NCBI GenBank assembly: GCA_001189215.1
Contig: LFCR01000006.1
Location: forward strand, 67,550 to 131,549
Direction: 5' to 3'
DNA length: 64,000 nt
DNA from: Parcubacteria bacterium C7867-008
GTDB lineage: Bacteria > Patescibacteriota > Minisyncoccia > Phycocordibacterales > Phycocordibacteraceae
In this document: one piece after another, positions 46,399 to 56,020 of the stretch
Numbering within the stretch: position 1 is the stretch's first letter
Layout of the letters: each line of letters starts with the position of its first letter
The notes under the pieces: model-generated
What the model was told of the DNA's origin: nothing
Databases searched by the model: none
What the model saw: only the letters and a program-made list of their open reading frames with translations
Made by a program: the position numbers and the translations under genes

Positions 46399-47096
46399 AT
46401 ATAAAACGTATGACCGCTCATATAGCTGCAGCGAATGATATCTCGCCCACGGCACGGGAAGTCGTCCTTGATTTGCCAGAACCGTTAAACTTTATACCTG
46501 GTGCGTTTGTAAATGTGTTTATGGAAATTGAAGGAGTCCGTGCGCGTCGTGCGTACTCGATTTCTTCAGATGAAACTATTCAGGACGTCATTACACTAAC
46601 TATACGTAAGGGAAGTCTTGGTGGTATGAGCGAACGCTTCTGGGATGAATCAATAACTGCAATTCCTGTTGAAATAATGGGACCGCTTGGGCTTAATACA
46701 TCTGACAAAATCTCAGGCACGAGAGTGTTTCTCTTTGGATTCGGCATAGGTGTTTCCGTGATAAAGGGATTACTACCGCATCTTCTTCGAAGGAAAAATC
46801 TCAAAGAGATAACAGTCATGATCGCAAGCAGGAATGAGGAGGAGGCTTTGTACAAGGAATTCTTTGAAGAGCAGCTAATACATAACCCTCATCTCAAACT
46901 GAAGATGGTCCTTTCACAGCCGTTTGATCCTAAGTACCCATATAAGGGACACCTACAAGATCATATTAATGGCTTAGATTTTACCGATGCATCGATATAC
47001 ATTTGTGGCTCAAAAGTTGCTACGGAATCTTTAAGAGATGCGATAGAGAATGAGGGTAAGAAAGTGGGTGAATTCTTTCTCGAAGCATTTGATTAA
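46395..47096 (+). CDS. FNR-like FAD/NAD(P)-binding oxidoreductase domain protein
   Basis: RRAYSISS (RxYS FAD-binding motif), GxGxxP-like NAD-binding region (FLFGFGIGVSVI). Confidence 0.55.
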   Translation: MNIKRMTAHIAAANDISPTAREVVLDLPEPLNFIPGAFVNVFMEIEGVRARRAYSISSDETIQDVITLTIRKGSLGGMSERFWDESITAIPVEIMGPLGLNTSDKISGTRVFLFGFGIGVSVIKGLLPHLLRRKNLKEITVMIASRNEEEALYKEFFEEQLIHNPHLKLKMVLSQPFDPKYPYKGHLQDHINGLDFTDASIYICGSKVATESLRDAIENEGKKVGEFFLEAFD

Positions 47097-47099
47097 TGA

Positions 47100-47630
47100 T
47101 TACGAATCCTCTGCGATTAGTTCGGAAAGTACATCACTCGTATGTTTTCCAGAAGTGAAATCACCCCAGCGGATCCATGTAGGTGTTATGCGGAACAGTT
47201 TCACCACAGCTGCATCAAAGTGAGTAAGGGGAGCCTGATATGTTGTATTAGATTGTAGTTGTCTAAATACAGACTGCACGGTCTCGTCTGAGACTGGAAT
47301 GTCAGAGACATCTTTTGCAATACCTTCGATCTCGACTGCTTGTGGTACGTTTTCGTTTGACACACTAAAAGCAACTTCTGCACGGTGTTTAATATCCTCG
47401 ACCTTACGTGTGCTTATAAGTGTGAGGAAATAGATAGAAAAATCCTCACCGCAGACGTAATAGACCATACGGGAGCGTGGAGTTCCGTCAGGTGAAAGTG
47501 TCGAAAGTACACCGGTATTGTTTGACTTCAGGAAAGAAAGGGCCGCGGCCTTTTTGGTGTTCGATGTATCCATGCCACAAGTATACTCCTTGGCACTAAT
47601 TCTGCGATATACTTTATGCAACCAGATCAC
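47100..47630 (-). CDS. pyridoxamine 5'-phosphate oxidase-like FMN-binding protein (paralogue 2)
   Basis: Alignable by eye to 41640..42128 (VLSTLSPDGTPRSRMVYY / FRITPTWIRWGDF). Confidence 0.55.
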   Translation of the reverse strand: MIWLHKVYRRISAKEYTCGMDTSNTKKAAALSFLKSNNTGVLSTLSPDGTPRSRMVYYVCGEDFSIYFLTLISTRKVEDIKHRAEVAFSVSNENVPQAVEIEGIAKDVSDIPVSDETVQSVFRQLQSNTTYQAPLTHFDAAVVKLFRITPTWIRWGDFTSGKHTSDVLSELIAEDS

Positions 47631-47655
47631 TGGCTAGTAAAGAACATCAGAAACT

Positions 47656-48135
47656 ATGGATAATGATACAAAACTAACGCGTTCGTTCACTGGATACGTT
47701 GCCACGCTCCTATTCTTCGGTGTTGGAGCGATAACTACGATCGGCATGGCATGGTACTCAAGCCTTAATCTTCCTTCTTGGACACCACCAGAACTGCTCG
47801 TTGCATTAATATGGTTCGTACTATTTGTTCTTACTGCCTGCTCTGTAGCGGTGTTTTGGGAGAGGTCTAAGAGAAGCGAACGATCTTTCGCTTGGATACT
47901 CAACCTATACATGGAAAATGCCATGCTCGTTCTCCTTTGGAACTACGTTTTCTTCGGTCTGCACAATCTAACTCTAGCCTTTGGCGTAGCGATCCTTATT
48001 GGTGTCATGGTACTGATTATTGTGATAAAGCTCTGGAAAGAAGTTCGCCTCGCCGCATTGCTACTCCTCCCATACTTACTATGGATGTTAGTTGCGCTGA
48101 TGCTTACCTATCAGATCATGATTCTAAATCCTTAA
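47656..48135 (+). CDS. tspO: TspO/MBR family protein (paralogue 2)
   Basis: LNLPSWTPP and LLLPYLLWMLVALMLTYQI conserved TspO helices. Confidence 0.6.
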   Translation: MDNDTKLTRSFTGYVATLLFFGVGAITTIGMAWYSSLNLPSWTPPELLVALIWFVLFVLTACSVAVFWERSKRSERSFAWILNLYMENAMLVLLWNYVFFGLHNLTLAFGVAILIGVMVLIIVIKLWKEVRLAALLLLPYLLWMLVALMLTYQIMILNP

Positions 48136-48145
48136 GACCTATCAT

Positions 48146-48553
48146 ATGAAGGGATTCGTAACGAACATAGAACAAGTTTCTTTGGAGAATGAAAACTTCA
48201 GGCAAGTTCTCTATACCGCGAGGAACTGCCAGCTTGTGCTGATGGCTCTACCAGCAGGCGAGGAGATCGGAGAGGAAGTACATGATGGCGACCAGTTCAT
48301 CCGTGTTGAAGAAGGGGAGGGTCAATCAATCCTGGATGGAGTAGAACGTGATCTTACTGATGGCTCAGTGGTGATTATTCCTGCCGGAGTACGGCACAAC
48401 ATTAAGAACACCTCGGTGAGTGATTCTTTAAAGCTCTACTCTATTTACGCTCCACCGCACCATAAAGATTGTGTGGTACATGCCACTAAGGAAGAAGCTG
48501 AGGCAGATGATGAGCACTACGATGGTCAGACTACAGATGACCTCGATCTATAG
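48146..48553 (+). CDS. cupin-domain protein (paralogue of 61602..61997)
   Basis: Cupin motif region (GEEIGEEVHDGDQFIRVEEGEG...VIIPAGVRHN); shares the N-terminus and core with 61602..61997. Confidence 0.55.
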   Translation: MKGFVTNIEQVSLENENFRQVLYTARNCQLVLMALPAGEEIGEEVHDGDQFIRVEEGEGQSILDGVERDLTDGSVVIIPAGVRHNIKNTSVSDSLKLYSIYAPPHHKDCVVHATKEEAEADDEHYDGQTTDDLDL

Positions 48554-48562
48554 TTCCCAGTC

Positions 48563-49039
48563 TTAGCCTTTTCGTGCTGCATCAATAGCAGCTATATCGA
48601 TCTTCTGCATGGTCATCATTGCTTTGAATGCGCGTTCTGCTTCTTCGCCACCAACGGCAAGTGCCTCGAGTAGAGTGCGTGGTGTAATCTGCCATGATAC
48701 TCCCCAGCGATCCTTACACCATCCGCAGTCACTCTCCTTACCACCATTTCCAACAATGGCGTTCCAATAGCGATCAGTCTCTTCCTGATCTTCTGTTGTG
48801 ATCTGGAATGAGAATGACTCACTTTGCGTAAAGATGGGGCCACCGTTAAGACCAACACAAGGAATTCCACAAACAGTAAATTCCACCGTTAATGCGTCAC
48901 CCTTTTCACCACCTGGAAATTCAGTTGGCGCATAAAAAACAGCCCCTACTTTGCTATCAGGGAAGGTTGCAGCATAAAAGTTTGCCGCATCTTCCGCGTC
49001 CTTATTAAACCAGAGGCAAATGGTGTTTTTAGGTATCAT
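48563..49039 (-). CDS. PhnB-like protein (3-demethylubiquinone-9 3-methyltransferase domain family)
   Basis: LWFNKDAEDAANFY...LTVEF...GLNGGP...CGWCKDRWGVSWQI conserved blocks of the pfam06983-like family. Confidence 0.55.
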   Translation of the reverse strand: MIPKNTICLWFNKDAEDAANFYAATFPDSKVGAVFYAPTEFPGGEKGDALTVEFTVCGIPCVGLNGGPIFTQSESFSFQITTEDQEETDRYWNAIVGNGGKESDCGWCKDRWGVSWQITPRTLLEALAVGGEEAERAFKAMMTMQKIDIAAIDAARKG

Positions 49040-49072
49040 ATTTTTTTATGTTCCTTTAAGTATATCAAATGT

Positions 49073-49091
49073 GTTTCCACGTCGTAGCAAA
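49073..49091 (+). repeat. distant partial copy (A6) of island subfamily-A repeat
   Basis: gtttccacgtcgtagcaaa versus consensus gttcccacgtcgtaccaaa. Confidence 0.4.
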
Positions 49092-49149
49092 TTTCTAGTC
49101 AATCTCGTCAGGGATAATAATGAGTGTTAAAAGTTGATACACTGTAAAT

Positions 49150-49785
49150 ATGAAGAGCACAAAGGCAGATCATATTGGGAAGGTGATAATAGTTACTGTA
49201 GTAGTGGCTTTCGGACTAGTATGGCTAGCCATGCGCGCAATACCACAAATAAAACAACCTGAAACGGTTACTACTATTGCCACCTCGACTTCAGCATCTA
49301 CAACAAGCAGTATCCGGATGACTGCTAAAACGAGTAATCGCTGGGAATCATTTGTGAAGCCATCTGATTCCGAACTCCGTACCATGCTTACACCACTGCA
49401 GTATCAGGTGACTCAAGAGCAAGGAACGGAAGAACCATTTACAAATGAGTATTTTGAGACTCATTCCTCAGGTATTTATGTGGATCGTGTTTCAGGAGAA
49501 CCTCTCTTTTCCTCAAACGATAAATATGATTCTGGTACAGGATGGCCTTCGTTTGTCCGGCCCATATCGAATGAGAGTGTGGTACTCAAGACCGATAGCA
49601 ATCTTTTGTTTCCTCGTACAGAAGTTCGATCACGTTACGCTGATTCGCATCTGGGACATGTCTTTGATGATGGGCCATCTGGTCGTGGAGGTAAGCGGTA
49701 CTGTATGAATTCTGCAGCACTGAAGTTTGTGCCAAAAGATGACATGGAAACAGAAGGATACGGACAGTATTTAACTAGCTTGTAG
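49150..49785 (+). CDS. msrB: membrane-anchored, likely extracytoplasmic peptide-methionine (R)-S-oxide reductase MsrB
   Basis: N-terminal TM anchor plus Ser/Thr linker; SelR domain with GTGWPSF and [11 protein letters not shown] motifs. Confidence 0.75.
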   Translation: MKSTKADHIGKVIIVTVVVAFGLVWLAMRAIPQIKQPETVTTIATSTSASTTSSIRMTAKTSNRWESFVKPSDSELRTMLTPLQYQVTQEQGTEEPFTNEYFETHSSGIYVDRVSGEPLFSSNDKYDSGTGWPSFVRPISNESVVLKTDSNLLFPRTEVRSRYADSHLGHVFDDGPSGRGGKRYCMNSAALKFVPKDDMETEGYGQYLTSL

Positions 49786-49825
49786 GAAGAATAACACCCA
49801 ACACACTAGTGATACCATTACACCA

Positions 49826-50326
49826 ATGGAACGTTTTGAGGCGTACGAGAAATTAGTCATATCCATTGAGGAAGCTTCTGAAGCAGATATAGAGGTACTT
49901 ATCGATATAGAAAAGAGTCTCCCACAAACAAATACATATTCAGCAATGTATACGGAGGATGAATGGAAGCAAGAATTGGCAGAGAATAAAATATACCTAA
50001 TTAAAGATCGAGAAGTACCAATAGGTAGTGTCGCCTATGTAGAGAGATCTCTAGAACATATATACATAAGTGGCATTGTTGTTCGTCCGGAATATCAAGG
50101 TAAAGGTATTGCAACCAATGCGATAAAAGGAGTGCTAGAAAAGTACCGAAATGCAACCCGGTTTGACCTGGCTACACACCCAGACAATCCTGCGCTCAAA
50201 CTGTATGAATCGCTTGGATTCAAAGTAGAGGAGCGAAAAGAGAACTATTTTGGAGATGGTGAACCTCGCTTGATTCTTGCCCTGACAAACACGCATGGTC
50301 CTAGCGCCGTATCAAGCTTTGAATAA
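49826..50326 (+). CDS. GNAT family N-acetyltransferase
   Basis: VRPEYQGKGIATNAIK acetyl-CoA binding motif. Confidence 0.6.
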   Translation: MERFEAYEKLVISIEEASEADIEVLIDIEKSLPQTNTYSAMYTEDEWKQELAENKIYLIKDREVPIGSVAYVERSLEHIYISGIVVRPEYQGKGIATNAIKGVLEKYRNATRFDLATHPDNPALKLYESLGFKVEERKENYFGDGEPRLILALTNTHGPSAVSSFE

Positions 50327-50337
50327 TAATAATTCAT

Positions 50338-50772
50338 ATGGCAGAGCTAAAAACAAAGCTTACTAAAGCAAACGTCGAGAAGTTTTTGAAAACAATCAAA
50401 GACGAACAGAAGCGCAAGGATTGTTTTGTAATCGCAGAAATAATGGAAAGGGCCACAAAGTCTAAGCCAGAAATGTGGGGTGCATCAATCGTTGGTTTTG
50501 GTCGTAGGAAGTATACCTATGCAAATGGCAAAGAGGGGGAGTGGATGGTGATTGGTTTTGCTCCCCGCAAACAAAATATTGCACTCTATGGGTTAAAGAT
50601 CTTCAAGATGACAACCAGTGGTTTGAAAGAAGATAAAGGAGAAAACGATTTCCTCCTAAAACTGGGTAAGTATAAGGAGGGAGGTGGGTGTCTCTATATA
50701 AACAGGCTTTCCGATATCAATACAAAGGAGCTTGAGAAAATAATTAAGCTTGCGCTGAAGCGTCAAACATAG
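50338..50772 (+). CDS. DUF1801/YdhG-like protein
   Basis: Overall similarity pattern only. Confidence 0.3.
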   Translation: MAELKTKLTKANVEKFLKTIKDEQKRKDCFVIAEIMERATKSKPEMWGASIVGFGRRKYTYANGKEGEWMVIGFAPRKQNIALYGLKIFKMTTSGLKEDKGENDFLLKLGKYKEGGGCLYINRLSDINTKELEKIIKLALKRQT

Positions 50773-50864
50773 CTGTTCCAGACGACGTATATAAAAAGAA
50801 AGCCGCCCGGAGCGTCACGGAGTGTTCCGGGCAGCTTCGAGCGACTGGTCGCAGTGCTTTTGTA

Positions 50865-51593
50865 TCACCGTCGGCAGATGTGAATGTAGTCACCATACCC
50901 GGAATCGCTATCCGGCCATGGCTGAGTTGTCGTCACACTTGCGAAGTGTCGCTCAAGGAGAGCGAGACGCTTCGGAAGCGATGGTTTGAACTCTTCCATC
51001 ATCACATCATTTTCTAGTATGCCGATTGTCCATGCGATAACTCGGTCAGGAGCCCCATTAGTGATCGTGTTAATGAGATACTCGTACCCAAGCTTCGCTG
51101 CAGCAAGCTTTCGCTCCGTCTCATTCGTATAGTCGTCTACATAGCAATCCGAAAGGACGACGACTCCTCCTTGCTTCACCAGCGACGCAATGTTCGCAAT
51201 TGCTGCTTCTTGTTGGTCATACGGTACATGATGCAGAGCACCAGTGCAGACGACGACGTCGAATTGCTCAGATGCCTTCCAGTCCAGAACATCTCCTAAT
51301 TGGAAATCAATTTCTTCTGGATAGACAGCCTTACCGTGCCCCACATACCGCTCGTCTATGTCGACGCCGGTAAGCCGTAGGTCCATACGCCTTTTACTGA
51401 TGAGTCCGAGCAGGTAGCCAGGACCACACATGATATCGAGCAGCGTCCCACCAATCGGGGCAAGTGCACTGATACGGTTGAGAACGGTCTCAAGTGAATA
51501 TTTGTATGGCCAGAAAAGAAGGCCTTCTTCGTAGGTTTCAGATTCCGGTAGTTCTCTCATTTCGCGCACTCCTGTATGTGCTGTATACCCCAA
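50865..51593 (-). CDS. class I SAM-dependent methyltransferase
   Basis: LLDIMCGPGYL (motif I), TGVDIDERYV (motif II). Confidence 0.65.
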   Translation of the reverse strand: MGYTAHTGVREMRELPESETYEEGLLFWPYKYSLETVLNRISALAPIGGTLLDIMCGPGYLLGLISKRRMDLRLTGVDIDERYVGHGKAVYPEEIDFQLGDVLDWKASEQFDVVVCTGALHHVPYDQQEAAIANIASLVKQGGVVVLSDCYVDDYTNETERKLAAAKLGYEYLINTITNGAPDRVIAWTIGILENDVMMEEFKPSLPKRLALLERHFASVTTTQPWPDSDSGYGDYIHICRR

Positions 51594-51645
51594 TACGTAT
51601 TCTAGACAGAACCTAGCATAGATTGCATAAAGACTCCAACCCTAG

Positions 51646-51945
51646 TTACTGCACACTTACCAAAATAAGTACAACAAACGTTATAGCACCGAACACACCT
51701 AGTGTTTTTAGAAAATATGATAGCGCCTCAGCTCTCTTGTTTTCTATGAGTTTACGTAATGGTTGATAGAAGAATAAGAACGCCATAACTGCTGCAGAAA
51801 ATACAAACAACGAGATGAATCCCATACCATCAAGCAGGGTATCTGGAGTGTCATGTCGGAATGACTCAAGGAAGCGCATGAATAGTGCTACAGCAGCAAT
51901 ATAGATAGTTGCAGCAACTGCATTGATAAATGGACTCCATTTCAT
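51646..51945 (-). CDS. hypothetical membrane protein
   Basis: Three TM helices. Confidence 0.35.
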   Translation of the reverse strand: MKWSPFINAVAATIYIAAVALFMRFLESFRHDTPDTLLDGMGFISLFVFSAAVMAFLFFYQPLRKLIENKRAEALSYFLKTLGVFGAITFVVLILVSVQ

Positions 51946-52001
51946 GTACCAGATATAACCCCACTGAATGGTTCTTGGTTACTTATAGTGACTGATATAC
52001 T

Positions 52002-52895
52002 TTGAACATGTCTGATGAAACCCTCCGCCCGGAACTAGCTGATTCAACGTCGATAGATGGGTCAATGCATGCTGAAAGTTCAGCAACAAATCTCTCAACT
52101 GCCAATCGTCGGGACATGTGGTGGTACGGTATTATCCTTATTTTATTGCTTGTCTGTGTCGGGGCATGGCTTGCATATAGCAATTTGAGTAGCGAATCAC
52201 CAAAGCAAGAAGTCTCTGCTGAGAGGAAAATCGCGCAGGCATGCAAGCAACTTATTGCGGGAAATGAGGTGCACGGAGATGTGCCTCTACCCATTACCTG
52301 TGAACTCATAGTGAATAAAAATGAGCCAGCACTATCCATGACGATCCTTCCCGATGGAAGCGTAAAGTTCGCACGTGATGGAGTAATACTTTCTGAGTTC
52401 CGTAATGATACCTATGAACCTGAATTAGACTCAGATTCAATAGTGAGCATCGTGTCCTATTACGATGACAAAGTAATCCTGGATTTTGAACCATTCTATC
52501 TTAATGACTTCAACTACGACGGCTATCTAGATATCGTTATGCTTGCGGGAAGGGGAGCCTATCAAGCTTCATATAAGTTATTTGCATACAACACGAAGAG
52601 TCATACGTTCGATACCAAACCTACCTTAGAGTTAACAGATCCAGTCATAGATGAGAAAACCAAAGAGATATACTCGCACGCCAAGGGAAGAGGACTCAAC
52701 GATATATATAGCAACGAAACATATCGCTTTGAAAAAGGAGAGTACGTCCTAGTACGACTTGAAACACAAGATATGGTGGATTTCAATGATCTAGATTCAG
52801 ACTACGTTTATATTGAATATGAGAGAAAGAACGGGGAAATGTTAGAAGTGAAGCGTGAGATTATTACTGCCTCAGAAATCTTTGGAGAACAGTAA
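52002..52895 (+). CDS. membrane-anchored hypothetical protein
   Basis: Single N-terminal TM; no motif. Confidence 0.4.
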   Translation: MNMSDETLRPELADSTSIDGSMHAESSATNLSTANRRDMWWYGIILILLLVCVGAWLAYSNLSSESPKQEVSAERKIAQACKQLIAGNEVHGDVPLPITCELIVNKNEPALSMTILPDGSVKFARDGVILSEFRNDTYEPELDSDSIVSIVSYYDDKVILDFEPFYLNDFNYDGYLDIVMLAGRGAYQASYKLFAYNTKSHTFDTKPTLELTDPVIDEKTKEIYSHAKGRGLNDIYSNETYRFEKGEYVLVRLETQDMVDFNDLDSDYVYIEYERKNGEMLEVKREIITASEIFGEQ

Positions 52896-52907
52896 TTTTA
52901 TAAAACT

Positions 52908-53651
52908 ATGGAACGGATTTTCATTGTCACGGGAGCTTCAGGTAAGCTTGGCGCTTCTTTTATTGAGAATCTGAAAGAAAAGAGTAACCATGTCTTTGCT
53001 CTCGCACGAAGGCAGACGGAGACGGAAGCTGATATAACGCTAGCTGCTGATCTACTTGATGAGAATCAGGTTGAAGCAATTTTCAACACGATCAATGTAA
53101 GTGATGCTACAGAGATCGTTCTAATACACACCGTTGGTAAGTTTAAATTTGAGAGTAATGATTCTATTGGAACTCATAAGAATGAGGAGGGCATAGACGA
53201 TGAAGTGTATACGACCAACGTCATTACCACGAAGAACATACTTAAGCAGCTCCTTTCAAACATGAAACCGCAAGCTACAGTAAGCGTAGTCGCCTTTGCT
53301 TCAGTGAGTGATAAGCACGATATACCATTTTGGTCTTCATATACTCGAGCAAAGAATATTCTACGAGGGTATCTTCAGACACTATCTGAAGCAAACCAAA
53401 TATCAGCACTCATGGTTAATGTCAGTACTGTTGATACCGGTAATGAGAATCTCCTTCGTCCTAATGCGGACAAGACCTATTGGTTGCAGCCCCAGGAAAT
53501 TGTTGAAAGAGTCCTGCCTGAACTCAGTACTTTAAATGGCTATAAGGAAATAGACGTAGTTAAGGAACGACCAGATTTCGATGAAAAGTACTATATAGAT
53601 CACGAGGCTCTTCTAGGGAAGTGGAAAAGAGAGATGGATATTAAAGAGTAA
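52908..53651 (+). CDS. NAD(P)-binding Rossmann-fold protein (atypical SDR-like)
   Basis: IVTGASGKLG glycine-rich N-terminus. Confidence 0.45.
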   Translation: MERIFIVTGASGKLGASFIENLKEKSNHVFALARRQTETEADITLAADLLDENQVEAIFNTINVSDATEIVLIHTVGKFKFESNDSIGTHKNEEGIDDEVYTTNVITTKNILKQLLSNMKPQATVSVVAFASVSDKHDIPFWSSYTRAKNILRGYLQTLSEANQISALMVNVSTVDTGNENLLRPNADKTYWLQPQEIVERVLPELSTLNGYKEIDVVKERPDFDEKYYIDHEALLGKWKREMDIKE

Positions 53652-53676
53652 TATTCTGGCAGGATATACTTTAGGT

Positions 53677-54207
53677 ATGAAAGAGCACCTAGATTTTAAA
53701 CCTGTAGAAGAATGCCAAGATATCGTAAGTGAATCGGTATATGCCGTAGCAACAGGGAAAGGAATACTGGCAGGTGCCATCAATCCCGAATACATGAATG
53801 GGCATGCGCTTTCAGATCATTATGATATTGATCCTGATAACGGTGTAAATTGCATTATTGTACGTGGAAAGCGAGGCGAGGATCGTGTGACCGCAGCAGT
53901 CCTTGTCCCTGTTGGATATCGGGCAGATCTAAATGGTTTGGTATGCGAGAAGTTGAATGCAAAGAAAGTATCCATGGCACCTTTAGATGATGTGATTCAA
54001 GAATCAGGAATGGAATACGGAAGCATCACCCCCATAGGGCTCCCTCTATCTTGGAAGATATTGATAGACAGCAGACTTATGGAAAAGGAAACGGTCATTG
54101 TTGGTGGAGGTAAGCAAGTATCAAAACTCCTCGTTCCAATGAGTGTTCTTGCGGCACTCCCGAATACAGAGATTGTTGAGAATCTATCTACTAGAATTCC
54201 CGACTAA
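53677..54207 (+). CDS. YbaK/ProX-like aminoacyl-tRNA editing domain protein
   Basis: Length and conserved GSITPIGLP plus Lys/Gly-rich core resemble tRNA_edit domain. Confidence 0.45.
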   Translation: MKEHLDFKPVEECQDIVSESVYAVATGKGILAGAINPEYMNGHALSDHYDIDPDNGVNCIIVRGKRGEDRVTAAVLVPVGYRADLNGLVCEKLNAKKVSMAPLDDVIQESGMEYGSITPIGLPLSWKILIDSRLMEKETVIVGGGKQVSKLLVPMSVLAALPNTEIVENLSTRIPD

Positions 54208-54218
54208 AGATAGTACCC

Positions 54219-54548
54219 ATGAACATCGATAAACCACCGTCAGCAGAACGAAAACCCGAAGTATCACGAGAGAAAGTAATCGCTGTGTTTACAGAGGGCG
54301 GTTTATGTGAAGAATCAGTTGGACTCTACAGTACTTGGATGGAACAACTCGAAGTAAAGCGTAACGCCGGTGAAATTACAGACTTCGATGTTTTCTCGCA
54401 GTCTATCGAGATTAAGATTGAAGCAGGACTTATTAGAGAAGCCGTAGAAGAATGTGAAGAAGTACTCGAACAGTTTGGAAGCACTTATGGCACCGGTGAA
54501 ATGGAAGTATTCTGTCAACGAATTATTAGTGCCCATCAATTCTCGTAA
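54219..54548 (+). CDS. hypothetical protein
   Basis: ORF only. Confidence 0.3.
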   Translation: MNIDKPPSAERKPEVSREKVIAVFTEGGLCEESVGLYSTWMEQLEVKRNAGEITDFDVFSQSIEIKIEAGLIREAVEECEEVLEQFGSTYGTGEMEVFCQRIISAHQFS

Positions 54549-54556
54549 GTATCAGT

Positions 54557-54949
54557 ATGGAAACTATCCCTGCAGATCTTCGCAAGGTACTTGCAGCCAA
54601 CGCTAAGGCAAAAGTAATTTGGAATGATCTTACTCCCATTTCACGACGTGATTTTATTAGTTGGATAGAATCTCCAAAACAACCAGAGACACGCATCAGA
54701 AGAGTGGGGAGAGTATGCGACATGCTTATAAGTGGTAAGCGTCGTCCTTGCTGTTATGCCATAGTGCCAATGAATTTGTATAAGTCTCTCAACGGACTTC
54801 CCAAAGCAAAAGCACATTGGAAAACTCTCACTCCAGACGAGCGGCGAGATTTCGTAGATTGGATAGAATCAGCAAAAGATACAGCTATGCATGTTGGTCG
54901 TATTGAGAAAGTTTGTGTATTACTGTTGAAAGGTAAACGTCATCTATGA
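54557..54949 (+). CDS. YdeI/OmdA-family protein (internal tandem duplication)
   Basis: Two repeats of LTP.xRRDFxxWIES.K...R..R..KVC.ML..GKR. Confidence 0.5.
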   Translation: METIPADLRKVLAANAKAKVIWNDLTPISRRDFISWIESPKQPETRIRRVGRVCDMLISGKRRPCCYAIVPMNLYKSLNGLPKAKAHWKTLTPDERRDFVDWIESAKDTAMHVGRIEKVCVLLLKGKRHL

Positions 54950-55374
54950 AAGAGCAAGATTTTACCAAACGACTAACCATTGTGGTGCGTAGCGATCTAG
55001 AGTCGTGGCAGGTGGCTAATGCCATTGCTCACATATCGGCATATATAGGAAATAAACTAGAAGGAGATTTTGATACAGGAACATACTTCACTTCCGTAGA
55101 TAACGTTACATTCCCAAGAAATTCTCAATACCCAATCATCATAAAAGCTGCATCTGATACGAATGTCCTCAAACAAGCTTTTGACATAGTTCGTGCAGAA
55201 GGGCTGCTCCATATCGCCTTCATGCGTGAAATGATTGAATCCAGTGATGATGCAGAAATAGAGAGGATTCTAAAGGATAAGAAGTGTGATGATATTGAAC
55301 TACTGGGATTCGGTGTCTTTGGTGAGAATGAAAAGGTAAAAACACTTACCAAGCAATTCGGATTGTGGAAGTAG
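54946..55374 (+). CDS. hypothetical protein (DUF2000-like)
   Basis: Weak resemblance only. Confidence 0.3.
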   Translation: MKEQDFTKRLTIVVRSDLESWQVANAIAHISAYIGNKLEGDFDTGTYFTSVDNVTFPRNSQYPIIIKAASDTNVLKQAFDIVRAEGLLHIAFMREMIESSDDAEIERILKDKKCDDIELLGFGVFGENEKVKTLTKQFGLWK

Positions 55375-55378
55375 CTAG

Positions 55379-55966
55379 GTGCTACCATATTCTTATATGA
55401 ACTGGATACAGAGCATTTTTACCGCACTCGCTCTCTTCTTTGGAAATCTTCTCGGTCTGTATCCAGAGAAGCCTCTGCAAGACCTACCGCCTATGCACCC
55501 CATTCAGGCAGCGACAACTTCTACACCAGTAGTACCGCAATCTAAACCAACTGTTCCCGCAAACTCTTTTGATCCACTAACGGTTAAGGTTGGAGATGTT
55601 GTTGGTAGATTCACCGTTGTTAGTGTTGAACCAGTGCGTGCAGAGCAACCATATGGTGAATCAAATAGTCGCGTAACATTCAGTGCAAACATACCAACCA
55701 AGGGACTTATTGTTGCTAGTGATAGGGGAGGGTATTTCTACCAACCAGAAGATAAGACACTTTATCCTCGTTTTAAAGAAGAAGACCGTTATATATTTAT
55801 GGGCACTGCATTGAACGGTTCCCTCACCGATAATGGACTTGATGATCGAACGTATGTGTATGGAAGTGAATTTCCTGTCGAAGGTGTAATTACGAAACTG
55901 GAATTCATCCGATATGGAGAGGCAGATTCCAAAGTCACTATAAAAGCCCTTAGAGAAATTAAGTAA
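55379..55966 (+). CDS. secreted hypothetical protein
   Basis: Signal or TM N-terminus. Confidence 0.4.
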   Translation: MLPYSYMNWIQSIFTALALFFGNLLGLYPEKPLQDLPPMHPIQAATTSTPVVPQSKPTVPANSFDPLTVKVGDVVGRFTVVSVEPVRAEQPYGESNSRVTFSANIPTKGLIVASDRGGYFYQPEDKTLYPRFKEEDRYIFMGTALNGSLTDNGLDDRTYVYGSEFPVEGVITKLEFIRYGEADSKVTIKALREIK

Positions 55967-56020
55967 AGGAAAACCGCCACATACTGGAAGCGCAACGGCT
56001 TCCTAGTATGCGACGGTCCA

